Shown here: in pieces, positions 1-9,292 of the stretch
Position numbering within the stretch: the first letter of the stretch is position 1
How the letters are laid out: every line of letters begins with the position of its first letter
Assembly: GCA_049322675.1 (NCBI GenBank)
Contig: JBMORM010000017.1
Span: 3,928-67,927 of the forward strand
Length of the DNA stretch: 64,000 nt
DNA from: Patescibacteria group bacterium
GTDB lineage: Bacteria; Patescibacteriota; JAHJAL01
Direction of reading: 5' to 3'
Position numbers and translations under genes: made by a program
The notes under the pieces: generated by a model
Told to the model about the DNA's origin: nothing
Databases searched by the model: none
Seen by the model: the letters and a program-made list of their open reading frames with translations, nothing else

Positions 1-2
1 AT

Positions 3-140
3 ACTGATCAGTATGTGGAAAAAGTGATTGAAGTGAGGTTAAAACCAAAATTGCGAGAGGAAGCACTGAAAGACATTCGAGGAGTCAAAGGATTGGAAAG
101 TTGTGTTTTATTGAGTAATAATGGTGAATTTGCCGAGTAA
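3..140 (+). CDS. C-terminal fragment of a probable DUF4956-family protein (runs off window start)
   Basis: Frame 3 reads TDQYVEKVIEVRLKPKLREEALKDIRGVKGLESCVLLSNNGEFAE*. This resembles DUF4956 C-termini, and DUF4956 commonly precedes Cthe_2159-type genes. Confidence 0.5.
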   Translation, partial: TDQYVEKVIEVRLKPKLREEALKDIRGVKGLESCVLLSNNGEFAE

Positions 141-176
141 ATATAAATATTTGTTTAATTATTTTAGAGAAAAAAA

Positions 177-2222
177 ATGAAAAGAAAAATATTAATTTTT
201 AGTTTGGTCGGTTTGGTTGTTTTGTTGTTGGTGGGAGGAATGGTTTATATGGCAGGTGGCTTCAATGCCAAGGTTGATAATCAAAAAATACAAGAAATTT
301 CAACCAATAATAATCAGGAGACTGATTTGACTGATCATGAAGAGGCGACGGATTATATATGGAGTGATAGTGAGGTAAAAAAAATCAGTTTGAATGCGGA
401 AAAGATCACTACTAATGCCAATGGAGTAGTGGTTGATGGCCAGGTGGCAACTATCAAATCAGCCGGGACGTATCAGTTGCAAGGTGATTTGACCGATGGA
501 CAAATTGTAGTTGATACCGATGAAGAAGAAGTTGTTAGAATTATTTTGGCTGGAGCGAAGATTAGTTGTTCTGATGGTTCGGCGATTTTGGTAAAAAAAG
601 CAAAAAAAGTAATAGTAGTAGCGGCGGATGGTTCAGAAAATGTTTTATCTGACGGATCAACATATGCTACCAGTGGAAATAGTGATGAAGATCAGCCAAA
701 TGCTGCTTTGTATAGTACAGCTGATTTGACTTTATATGGTTTGGGAGAAGGAAAATTGGTGATCAATGGCAATTATAATGATGGCATAGCTAGCAAGGAT
801 GGTTTGGTATTACGAAATATTTCGGTGGAGGTAGAGGCGGTGGATGATGGGATTAGGGGTAAAGATTATGTTGCAGTAAAAAACGCGGATATTTCGGTGG
901 AGGTGGGTGGTGATGGTGTAAAGTCGGACAATGAAGAGAATGATCAAAAGGGGAATATTATTTTTTATTCCGGAGTGGCGAAAGTAGTAGCTGGAAAAGA
1001 TGGGTTGTCGGCTGCTAATTTACTGGAGATAAAAGATGGACAAATTGAAGTAACGACTGGCGGTGGTAGTAAAAATAGTTTGAAAAGTAATGATGAGTCG
1101 ATGAAAGGGGTAAAAGCTGGAAAGACGGTAAGAATATATGGAGGAAATATAATTATTGATTCGGCTGATGATGCAATACATTCCAATGGTGTATTGGTGA
1201 TCGACCAAGGAGAAATTGTTATTAGTTCTGGTGATGATGGTATTCATGCTGATGCTTCAATTGAGATCAACGGTGGGAATATCGATATTCAAAAATCATA
1301 CGAAGGAATAGAGAGTGCGGTAATTACTTTTAATGATGGAACAACTAAAATTGTAGCGAGTGATGACGGGGTAAATGTAGCGGGAGGAAATGATGGTTCG
1401 GCGTTGGGTCGGATGGGGCAAGGTAGTTTTGATCAGGCAGAAGAAGGTTGTTATTTGTATATTAATGGTGGTTATATTTATGCTAATGCTGGAGGAGATG
1501 GCTTGGATTCTAATGGTTCGGTGGTAATGACGGGAGGAACGGCAGTGGTGGATGGTCCGATCAACAATGGTAATGGTCCCTTGGATTATAACGGAACATT
1601 TGATATAAGTGGTGGATATCTTTTAGCGGTGGGTAGTTCGGGGATGGCACAAGCTCCGAGTGAATCATCTACTCAAAATTCAATTTTGGTTAACTTTGAT
1701 ACGATGCAGGCGGCAGGAACGTTAATTAATATACAAGATAGTAATGGTAATAATTTGTTGACGTATTCGCCGGCTAAACAATATCAATCGATTGTGTTTT
1801 CAGGATCGAAAATTGCACAAGGTGAGACTTATAGTTTGTATTTGGGTGGTAGTAGTACTGGCGAAAAAAATAATGGTTTGTATCAAAATGGTATATATAC
1901 TCCGGGAGAATTGAATCAAACATTTTCGGTTGACGGAATAGTAACGAAGGTGGGGCAGGTGATGGCCGGTGGTCCGGGTGGTGGAATGGGGTTTGGAAGA
2001 GGAATGAATGATGCAACTACGACTCAAAATAATACTTTTTCTGTGGATTCTAATAATAGTAGTAGTGAAATAAATGATGGTCAATCAATGGGAAATATGC
2101 CGCCACCTCAAGGAGCTGGAAATATGCCAAGCGAGGGAATACCGCCAGATGGTATTGGTCCGCAAGATGCTAGAATGTCAAATGGTATTCCGTCAAGTGC
2201 AGTTGGTAACGAAAAAAATTAG
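177..2222 (+). CDS. Carbohydrate-binding domain protein (Cthe_2159/DUF4353 beta-helix family), membrane-anchored
   Basis: N-terminal TM; repeated DDGIHA/DGIxS/DGLDSNG beta-helix motifs; Gly/Met/Pro-rich tail. Confidence 0.85.
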   Translation: MKRKILIFSLVGLVVLLLVGGMVYMAGGFNAKVDNQKIQEISTNNNQETDLTDHEEATDYIWSDSEVKKISLNAEKITTNANGVVVDGQVATIKSAGTYQLQGDLTDGQIVVDTDEEEVVRIILAGAKISCSDGSAILVKKAKKVIVVAADGSENVLSDGSTYATSGNSDEDQPNAALYSTADLTLYGLGEGKLVINGNYNDGIASKDGLVLRNISVEVEAVDDGIRGKDYVAVKNADISVEVGGDGVKSDNEENDQKGNIIFYSGVAKVVAGKDGLSAANLLEIKDGQIEVTTGGGSKNSLKSNDESMKGVKAGKTVRIYGGNIIIDSADDAIHSNGVLVIDQGEIVISSGDDGIHADASIEINGGNIDIQKSYEGIESAVITFNDGTTKIVASDDGVNVAGGNDGSALGRMGQGSFDQAEEGCYLYINGGYIYANAGGDGLDSNGSVVMTGGTAVVDGPINNGNGPLDYNGTFDISGGYLLAVGSSGMAQAPSESSTQNSILVNFDTMQAAGTLINIQDSNGNNLLTYSPAKQYQSIVFSGSKIAQGETYSLYLGGSSTGEKNNGLYQNGIYTPGELNQTFSVDGIVTKVGQVMAGGPGGGMGFGRGMNDATTTQNNTFSVDSNNSSSEINDGQSMGNMPPPQGAGNMPSEGIPPDGIGPQDARMSNGIPSSAVGNEKN

Positions 2223-2242
2223 TATCTGTGCATTTTTTATAA

Positions 2243-2279
2243 AAGGCTTCCGGATTATTTTTGGAAGTCTTTTTGTTTT
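2243..2279 (+). terminator. Probable intrinsic terminator
   Basis: aaggcttcc...ggaagtctt hairpin followed by a T tract. Confidence 0.5.
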
Positions 2280-2330
2280 GGGAAGAAAGTATTTGTCATA
2301 TAATAAGATTGAATTGTTATATATTTTTCT

Positions 2331-2855
2331 ATGCAACACATCAATATCGAAATCAAAGCGAAAACCAATCGACAAGATGAGATTAGAGAAATGTTGAAAT
2401 CCAAGAAAGCGGATTTCAAGGGGGTGGACCATCAGGTAGATACTTATTATAATGTAAAATTTGGGCGGTTGAAATTGCGGGAAGGGGAAATTGAGAATTA
2501 TTTGATTCATTATGATCGGGAGAATCAAGTCGGTCCCAAACAGTCAAATGTTATTTTGTACAAATCTGATCCAAAATCTTCTTTGAAAGAAATATTGGTA
2601 AAGTCCTTGGGGGTTTTGGTGGTGGTGGATAAAATGCGGGAAATATATTTTATCGATAATGTAAAATTTCATCTTGATCTAGTTCAAGACTTGGGGACTT
2701 TTATGGAAATAGAGGCGATTGATGAAACGGGAAATATTGGTAAAGAAAAACTCCAAGCTCAGTGCGAGGAGTTTATTGATTTGTTTCAAATAAAAAAAGA
2801 AGATTTGTTGGCTGAGTCTTATAGTGATTTGTTGTTGGGGAAAATTGATAGTTAA
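2331..2855 (+). CDS. CYTH-domain protein (class IV adenylate cyclase-like / triphosphate tunnel metalloenzyme)
   Basis: N-terminal NIEIKAK (ExExK-type), QVDTYY, RLKLRE, LGTFMEIEA, and C-terminal SYSDLL. Confidence 0.88.
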   Translation: MQHINIEIKAKTNRQDEIREMLKSKKADFKGVDHQVDTYYNVKFGRLKLREGEIENYLIHYDRENQVGPKQSNVILYKSDPKSSLKEILVKSLGVLVVVDKMREIYFIDNVKFHLDLVQDLGTFMEIEAIDETGNIGKEKLQAQCEEFIDLFQIKKEDLLAESYSDLLLGKIDS

Positions 2856-2878
2856 CAATAATTATTTAATTGATTTTT

Positions 2879-3448
2879 TTAGAATATGCTAGGGTATCCG
2901 CCGCTACTACAACCAAAAGTATTTAAATTGGAAGTGGGTTCAAGGAGGTAATCACTGTTAAATAGGGATTTGTCTGATTGATTTTTGGTTCCATCGGTAA
3001 TAACGTCTGTTGTCGTTTTTGTTGTAGAAAAGAAAGAAATTTCTATGTAGATTATTAATGACGAAACAAGAAACGTGATTGATATAATTTTGATGAATAG
3101 AAGCCAGTTGTCTGAGGCTGCTTTTCGGAGAAAAAACCAGAGAATAGCGAAGATAATTCCCCAGTAGAGGTAGGACATCCAGTAATTATTGTATGGGTTA
3201 GGTGATTGGCCCAGGGGTAAAAAATATATGTATTTTCCTAGAAATAATCCGAACAAAAGAGTGAGAGATATTGCGATATAAACATTATTGCTTGGATTAA
3301 AAATTTTATTTTTTTCTATAAGACTAATAATTAATTTGATTATAGCAATGATAATGATGACGTAAAAAACGATTGAGATAATAATTTGGAAGAATATATA
3401 CATTAATGGTGGTTGAGGAAAGGAAATACAGGCCAAAGTGGTGAGCAT
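2879..3448 (-). CDS. Hypothetical membrane protein (about 4 TM)
   Basis: 189-aa ORF with hydrophobic helices and a polar tail ending FGCSSGGYPSIF. Confidence 0.6.
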   Translation of the reverse strand: MLTTLACISFPQPPLMYIFFQIIISIVFYVIIIIAIIKLIISLIEKNKIFNPSNNVYIAISLTLLFGLFLGKYIYFLPLGQSPNPYNNYWMSYLYWGIIFAILWFFLRKAASDNWLLFIKIISITFLVSSLIIYIEISFFSTTKTTTDVITDGTKNQSDKSLFNSDYLLEPTSNLNTFGCSSGGYPSIF

Positions 3449-3552
3449 TTTTTTATAAATATTAATTAATTATTTAAATTATATCATTGGTCAAACCGGC
3501 TGGCTTTTTTTATAATGGATTAAAAGCAAAATAATTATTGAGGTTTTAAAAA

Positions 3553-4038
3553 ATGGAAAAAATTTTGGTGCGGCAGTCGGCGGCGGTTTTGGTGTCGCGG
3601 ATAATTATGGTGGTAGTGGTTAGTAATTTGATGTTATTTTTTTCTTCGGTAATTACAGATTTGGCATTGAAAGATAATCGTATAATATTCTTGAATTTTA
3701 TTGAGTATGATACTTTGGTGTTATTTTTGTTGTTGATTTTTCAATTGATTGTGTCATTGTTTGTTTGTTTGGCTTGGTATCGTAATTTTTATAAAGTCGA
3801 TAATGGACAGATTATTTGGCATCGGGGAATTGTGTTTCCCAAGGAGACTATTTTTGTAATCAATCAGAGAATGGAATTTTCGGTCGAGGAGGGGTTTTGG
3901 GAAAAGTTGTTGGACTATGGAAGTATAAAAATCAAACTGGATGCCAAGGAGCAGTTTGTAATATTGGCTGTTTCTAATCCGCGTTATTTACTGGGAAAAT
4001 TGCAAGAATGTCAGCAAAGCAATGAATTAACTCAATAG
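3553..4038 (+). CDS. Bacterial PH-domain (bPH_2-like) membrane protein
   Basis: 2 TM, then Y.V....I..HRGI...E and W.KLLDYGSIKI...VSNP. Confidence 0.7.
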   Translation: MEKILVRQSAAVLVSRIIMVVVVSNLMLFFSSVITDLALKDNRIIFLNFIEYDTLVLFLLLIFQLIVSLFVCLAWYRNFYKVDNGQIIWHRGIVFPKETIFVINQRMEFSVEEGFWEKLLDYGSIKIKLDAKEQFVILAVSNPRYLLGKLQECQQSNELTQ

Positions 4039-4044
4039 AAAAAT

Positions 4045-4953
4045 ATGTATCAGGTTGGGTTTTATTTTAAAAAATATACTTGGATGGTGGTATTGTTGGC
4101 GGTGGGAGTTGGTTTGTTTTGTCCTGGTTTTGGTTTGGTTTTTCAAAAATATGTTCCGTATTTGTTGATGTTGTTGATGTTTTTGGGTTGTTTAAATATG
4201 GATCTTGGCCGGTCGGTTAAACATTTGAAAAAAATTCGAAAGGTCTTGTTGTCTTTGTTTGTGGTTCATCTTGGTTCGGCATTGTTGGTATTGGCATTTC
4301 GTAGTTTTTTTTCTGATGAGATATTTTTGGGTTTGATAATTGCGGCGGCGGCGCCGGTGGGGGTCAGCGTTGTTTTTTTGTCCGATCTTTATGGTGGTAG
4401 CAAGCACAAATCTTTGGTAATCGCATTTTTGTCCAATATATTATGTCCGCTACTTTTCCCGTTTGTGGTACATTTGCTCGCAGGTCGGGTAATTGAGATT
4501 GACTGGATGAGTATTTTTTGGAAAACATTTATATTGGTAGTGATACCGGTGGGTTTGGCGATTTTGATGCAAAATACTATATTGAATAAAATTTTGAGTC
4601 GCAATGGAACATTTGTTTCGGTGGCCGCTTTGTTTTTTCTGGTGGTCGGAGTGATATCTCCGGTGAGTGCGGTAGTGATGGCCAATTTGGGTTTAGTTTG
4701 GTGGCTGATGGGATTTGTGGCGGTGTTGGTTTTGTTGAATTTTGGGGTGGGATTTTGGTTGGGTTCGGATTATAAAGCAAAGGTGACTTATGCGATTGTT
4801 TTGAGTTATAAAAATTTTTCGTTAGCAATGGTGATAGCTTTGTCGATGTTTGGTCCGATGGTGGCTTTGCCGGCGGTGGTTTATACTTTGGTGAATAATT
4901 TATTATTAATACCGTTGCAATTGGTGTTTGTAAAAGATAAACAAAAAAGATGA
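4045..4953 (+). CDS. Bile acid:sodium symporter (BASS/SBF) family transporter
   Basis: About 9 TM; GLIIAAAAPVG and YKNFSLA motifs. Confidence 0.85.
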   Translation: MYQVGFYFKKYTWMVVLLAVGVGLFCPGFGLVFQKYVPYLLMLLMFLGCLNMDLGRSVKHLKKIRKVLLSLFVVHLGSALLVLAFRSFFSDEIFLGLIIAAAAPVGVSVVFLSDLYGGSKHKSLVIAFLSNILCPLLFPFVVHLLAGRVIEIDWMSIFWKTFILVVIPVGLAILMQNTILNKILSRNGTFVSVAALFFLVVGVISPVSAVVMANLGLVWWLMGFVAVLVLLNFGVGFWLGSDYKAKVTYAIVLSYKNFSLAMVIALSMFGPMVALPAVVYTLVNNLLLIPLQLVFVKDKQKR

Positions 4954-5903
4954 AAATAATTCGACCAAAACGTTTAATCAAAGGGGATAGAGTGGTAATC
5001 GTGGCTCCGGCTTCGCCATTTGATCCTGAAGAGATAAAATGTGGGATTGAAGTAATAGAAAAGAAAGGTTTGATACCGGTGTTGGGCGAAAATGTAAAAA
5101 ATATGCGGACCAATCAACTATATGCTGCTGATATCAAGGAGAGGACGCGAGAACTCATGAAAGGTTTTTTGGATAAAAAGATTGCTGGTATTTTTGTTGC
5201 TGGGGGTGGTTTGGGATCGGAGGAGTTGTTGCCGTTTTTGGATTATGAAGTAATAAAAAAACATCCGAAAATTTTTATGGGTTTCAGCGATATTACGGCA
5301 TTAAATAATGGAATTTTTGCTAAAACCGGTTTAGTAAATTTTAATGGTCCCTCAATCAGTATGACCAATAAAACGAAACATGCTCGAAAGATGGATATTA
5401 TTAGTTTAAATGATGTATTGAACTTGTTGATGTCTGATGAAAAGTGGGAAGATAAATCTTTTTTACAAAATAAACAATTGGTGCGTTGTGTGTCGCCGGG
5501 TAAGGTGTCGGGCAGAGCGATTGGCGGGAATCTATCAACTTTTTGTGGATTGCTTGGAACAAAATATCTGCCGGATTGTAAGGATAAAATTATTTTCTTT
5601 GAGGATATTCATGAGGGAGGATACAATGTCGAGGTATTTTTAACTCAGCTAAAATTGGCGGGGATTTTGTCTCTGGCCAAAGGGGTGGTGTTTGGCGAGT
5701 TTATCGATGTAGAACGAAAAGTTGATCCGCTTGATCCCGATATTGAAGAAGTTATAGTAAGATTTTTTCAAAACGGCCCCGCTTGTATTTTTGGATTAAA
5801 TTTTAGTCATGGGGAAACGACGGCGGCGATACCGATTGGGGTTGAAACAAAGTTGGACGCAACCAAGGGAAAAGTATATTTTGGAAATCCTTTAACTACT
5901 TAA
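4950..5903 (+). CDS. LD-carboxypeptidase (peptidase S66)
   Basis: VAPAS, GFSDITAL (Ser), GGNL, FFED (Glu), FSHG (His). Confidence 0.92.
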   Translation: MKIIRPKRLIKGDRVVIVAPASPFDPEEIKCGIEVIEKKGLIPVLGENVKNMRTNQLYAADIKERTRELMKGFLDKKIAGIFVAGGGLGSEELLPFLDYEVIKKHPKIFMGFSDITALNNGIFAKTGLVNFNGPSISMTNKTKHARKMDIISLNDVLNLLMSDEKWEDKSFLQNKQLVRCVSPGKVSGRAIGGNLSTFCGLLGTKYLPDCKDKIIFFEDIHEGGYNVEVFLTQLKLAGILSLAKGVVFGEFIDVERKVDPLDPDIEEVIVRFFQNGPACIFGLNFSHGETTAAIPIGVETKLDATKGKVYFGNPLTT

Positions 5904-5907
5904 GACG

Positions 5908-7146
5908 ATGCAACATAAATTTCCCAAAGGATTTTTGTGGGGGGCGGCTTCGGCGGCACATCAGGTGGAGGGTGGGCTGGTGAATGATTGGTCGAGGTGG
6001 GAGTTAAAAAGTGCTAATGACTTGGCTCGGCAGGGGAAAGAGCGTTGGAATGAAGAGAAAAGGAAATTATTTCCTGGGATTACTGAGTCAAAAAATTATA
6101 TTTCCGGCCGGGCTTGCGATCACTATCATCGGTACAAGGAAGATTTTTTATTGGCCAAGCAATTGGGGCACAATGCGACTCGGATTTCGGTGGATTGGTC
6201 ACGGATAGAACCGAGAGAGGGTGTTTTTGTCCAGAAAGAATTGGACCATTATCTGGAGGTGGTTAAGTATTTGGAAGAGATGGGGATTGAGCCGATGGTG
6301 ACGTTGTGGCATTGGCCGTTGCCGTTGTGGTTGGCGGATAAGGGTGGGTGGAAAGATAAAAAAACGGTGGAATATTTTGTCCGTTTTTCAAGAAAGGTGG
6401 TTAATGCATTGAAATCCAAAGTGTCATTTTGGCTGACTTTGAATGAGCCGGAAGTGTATGCGGCCAATTCGTATTTTATCGGAGAGTGGCCGCCACAGGA
6501 AAAAAATATTTTTTCTGCTTGGTCGGTTTTAAACAATTTGATTGCGGCTCATTGCCAGGTTTATGAGGCGATAAAATTTTTAGATAAAAAGGCGCGGGTG
6601 GGGTTGGCCAAACAGATGGCGTATTTTGAAAATGCTGATGGAAAATGGTTGACGCAGTTAGTGCAGGATGCCAAGGATTATTATTGGAACCAATATGTTT
6701 TGAAGAAAACTAAAGACAAGCTGGATTTTTTTGGTTTAAATTACTATTTTCACGAAAAACAGTTTGGGTGGGGAGTGCGAAATGATGATGAGAGCCGTTC
6801 GGATTTGGATTGGGAATTGTTTCCGCAAGGAATTTACAATGTTTTATTGGATTTGAAAAAATATGATTTTCCGGTTTATATAACAGAAAATGGTTTGGCA
6901 GATGCTTTTGATAAAGATCGAACGTGGTTTATTGAAAAGAGTTTGCAGGCAGTAGCTAGAGCGATGCAGCAGGGGGTTGATGTGAGAGGTTATTTGCATT
7001 GGTCGCTTACTGACAATTTTGAGTGGAATCGGGGATTTTGGCCAAGATTTGGTTTGATAGAGATTGATTATAAAACGTTGGAGAGGAAGATCAGGCCGTC
7101 GGCGTGGGAATATAAGATAATTATTAATAATGGGATAGGTGTTTAA
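5908..7146 (+). CDS. Glycoside hydrolase family 1 (beta-glucosidase)
   Basis: FPKGFLWGAASAAHQVEG, TLNEP (acid/base), ITENG (nucleophile), DNFEW. Confidence 0.95.
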   Translation: MQHKFPKGFLWGAASAAHQVEGGLVNDWSRWELKSANDLARQGKERWNEEKRKLFPGITESKNYISGRACDHYHRYKEDFLLAKQLGHNATRISVDWSRIEPREGVFVQKELDHYLEVVKYLEEMGIEPMVTLWHWPLPLWLADKGGWKDKKTVEYFVRFSRKVVNALKSKVSFWLTLNEPEVYAANSYFIGEWPPQEKNIFSAWSVLNNLIAAHCQVYEAIKFLDKKARVGLAKQMAYFENADGKWLTQLVQDAKDYYWNQYVLKKTKDKLDFFGLNYYFHEKQFGWGVRNDDESRSDLDWELFPQGIYNVLLDLKKYDFPVYITENGLADAFDKDRTWFIEKSLQAVARAMQQGVDVRGYLHWSLTDNFEWNRGFWPRFGLIEIDYKTLERKIRPSAWEYKIIINNGIGV

Positions 7147-7297
7147 TTTCCAATTTTTCCCTCACGGGACCGAACTACTGCTGGCAATTTTCAATTTCCA
7201 AATATGTATTGATGGGTATTATAAATAATTTTATAAAACATTGAAGATTGGTAATTGGAAATTTTTTGAAAATTGAAAATTGAAAATTGGAAATTTT
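7145..7297. repeat. Heptamer (aattttc/aatttcc) element with inverted arms and a nested 27-bp insert
   Basis: Forward arm contains ccctcacgggaccgaactactgctgg; inverted arm gaaaattgaaaattgaaaattggaaatt. Confidence 0.85.
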
Positions 7298-7356
7298 GTT
7301 TCGCGTGGTCTATATTGTGAATAGTGATTATTTTTATCAATAAGAGGGTGAGCGAT

Positions 7357-7872
7357 ATGGCACAAATAAATAAAAAACAAGAAGTGTTGGCGACAAGGCC
7401 GATTGATGAGGAATATGATCCCAATCAGGTGTTTGAATGGGAGTCATACGAATTTGAATATCATGAAAAAGGAAAAAACTGGGTTTGGGGATTGGTGGGA
7501 GTGGTGGTTTTGATGTCTGTATTGTTTGCGGTATTGAAAAATTGGTTGGGGATCGGTATAGTGGTTTTATTGGCGATTGTAGTTTACCAGTATGCTTTCA
7601 AGAAACCGGATAAAATTCATTTTGTTTTAACCAAAGATGGTTTACTGGTTGGGGACAAGATGTATGCCTTCAAAGAGTTGAAACAATTTTGGGTGACACA
7701 TGAAGGAATGTTGTATATTGATACCAAACAATATATTCCGCCAAGATTGTCTTCGATGTTGAGTTCGGTAGATGTGGAAGCGATGGTAAAATTTTTGGAA
7801 TACAATGTTCCAAAAGTTGATCGCAAGACGGCCGATTCGGGGGATCAATTGTCGAAATGGCTGAAGCTTTGA
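7357..7872 (+). CDS. Conserved CPR-type small membrane protein (2 TM + PH-like domain)
   Basis: WESYEFEYHEK..NW motif, TM hairpin; RBS-like gagggtg before ATG 7357. Confidence 0.7.
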   Translation: MAQINKKQEVLATRPIDEEYDPNQVFEWESYEFEYHEKGKNWVWGLVGVVVLMSVLFAVLKNWLGIGIVVLLAIVVYQYAFKKPDKIHFVLTKDGLLVGDKMYAFKELKQFWVTHEGMLYIDTKQYIPPRLSSMLSSVDVEAMVKFLEYNVPKVDRKTADSGDQLSKWLKL

Positions 7873-7939
7873 TGTTTCAATACTGTTACTTTATTTTTTG
7901 TTAGGTTAATTTTTTCTATACGATAGATTTATTGGTTGA

Positions 7940-8047
7940 GAAATTTTCAATTTCCAATTTTCAATTTTCAAAAAATTTCCAATGATCAATTTCCAAATAT
8001 CGAATTCTAAATATGTTTGAAAATTGAGAATTGAAAATTGGAAATTT
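7940..8047. repeat. Heptamer inverted-arm element without insert, directly upstream of tRNA-Arg
   Basis: aattttcaatttccaattttcaattttcaaaaaatttcc ... gaaaattgagaattgaaaattggaaattt. Confidence 0.85.
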
Positions 8048-8060
8048 GTGTTTTGTATGT

Positions 8061-8134
8061 GCGCTCGTAGCTCAGCTGGATAGAGCATCAGCTTGCGGAG
8101 CTGGGGGTCGCAGGTTCGAATCCTGCCGAGCGCG
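8061..8134 (+). tRNA. tRNA-Arg(GCG)
   Basis: Acceptor GCGCTCG/CGAGCGC; anticodon loop TT-GCG-GA; T arm GGTTCGAATCC; no encoded CCA. Confidence 0.95.
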
Positions 8135-8138
8135 TTTT

Positions 8139-8290
8139 ATGAGGGGAAAATTCTTTTCCCCTCATCGCTACGCTGCTCCCCTTTGAATAAAGTATCAAAA
8201 TCTCGAAATGAATTCGAAGATTTTGATGATAAATAGTCGGATCGATTCTTCCTCTTCCCAAAAATTTCTACGACAATTTTTGGGAGGGGA
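8139..8290. repeat. Cluster of palindromes downstream of tRNA, including the aaaaatttctNcgacaattttt hairpin
   Basis: Three hairpins: atgaggggaaaa/ttttcccctcat, atcaaaatct/agattttgat, cttcccaaaaatt/aatttttgggagg. Confidence 0.65.
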
Positions 8291-8377
8291 TTTGGGGAAG
8301 GAAAAAAAGAGTTTAATAATTTAATTAAGCTCTTTTTTTGTGTTAAAATTGGGGTGTAATGTATAAAAAAGAGAATT

Positions 8378-8890
8378 ATGAAAATATCGAGGGGATTGAA
8401 TAAATTTTTGAATCTGTTGGTGGTGTTATCTATTGTTGGTTTAGTTGTGTATTTATTGGCGACTGCGTTTCGTAATGAGACAGAGTTGTTTATTGCGGAT
8501 TATGGGATGTATATTCTTTTGGTGATGACGGGGGTTTTGCTTGGTTTGCTGGTGGCTTGTTTTGTTTTGAGTATTATTAATTTTGTCAGATTTGCCAAGA
8601 CAAAAAATAAAGATTTTTTGTATAAAGCGTTGCGATATTTGTTTGTTTTTCCGGTGGTTGTGGTAGTTTTGTATTCGGTGGGGGTGTATGTAATTGATAG
8701 TATTTATCTGGATAGAAATATGCGGGGGCCGAGTGGAGGCTTTTCGACGTGTTATATGCCGGTTAGTTTAAATAAATTGGATTCGAATGTTGTTAATCAG
8801 AAAAAAAAATCGAGTTTGGCGAGTTTGACGGAAAAATACAAAAATAATATTCCAGCGGATGTTTTGGAAAAAATTGATCGGGTTAAATAG
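8378..8890 (+). CDS. 3-TM membrane protein, paralog 1 of the array upstream of radical SAM; tail with STCYMP and KYKNNIPADVLEKIDR
   Basis: 170-aa ORF; C-terminus matches paralog 3. Confidence 0.8.
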   Translation: MKISRGLNKFLNLLVVLSIVGLVVYLLATAFRNETELFIADYGMYILLVMTGVLLGLLVACFVLSIINFVRFAKTKNKDFLYKALRYLFVFPVVVVVLYSVGVYVIDSIYLDRNMRGPSGGFSTCYMPVSLNKLDSNVVNQKKKSSLASLTEKYKNNIPADVLEKIDRVK

Positions 8891-8898
8891 GAGGATTT

Positions 8899-9240
8899 GT
8901 GAGGATTTCTAAAATAGTAAGCGTGTTATTGAAAATATTAATTTCTTTGTCATTTTTATTTTTATTTTTATTTTTTTTATTGCTCTATTTCCCGAGTATA
9001 TTTTCTGGTTTTCTTGATTCAAACGAAAATATTATTAAAGCGATGTTTGGGGTTTTAACATTAGTTTTGGGAGTTGGTTTTTTTATATCTTTTTCTTATG
9101 GTTTTGTCCTTTTAGTTCAATATTTCAAGAAAAAAGACAAGAAATATCTATCAGAATCATTGAGATATTTATTGTTATATTCTTTGCTAGTGCTTTTTGC
9201 TGATTTGATTGTTGTAACCATTGGGAGAGTTATTCTTTAA
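8899..9240 (+). CDS. 3-TM membrane protein, paralog 2 (tail truncated; ADVLEKIDRG persists in frame after TAA TAA)
   Basis: GTG start after aggagg; shares YG..L..Y..KKDK..L..S.RYLLL with paralog 3. Confidence 0.75.
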   Translation: MRISKIVSVLLKILISLSFLFLFLFFLLLYFPSIFSGFLDSNENIIKAMFGVLTLVLGVGFFISFSYGFVLLVQYFKKKDKKYLSESLRYLLLYSLLVLFADLIVVTIGRVIL

Positions 9241-9292
9241 TAAGCGGATGTTTTGGAAAAAATTGATCGGGGTTAATTTTTTGGGAGGGAGT

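Noticed and set aside
2879-3448. Membrane protein with a GCSSGGY tail as another radical SAM substrate
   Set aside because: 5 kb away, opposite strand, and lacks both the CY motif and the conserved C-terminal segment.
7191-8088. Short ORFs 7191-7424 and 7906-8088 sharing NFQFSI peptides
   Set aside because: They are translations of the heptamer repeat arms, and one overlaps a tRNA; not genes.
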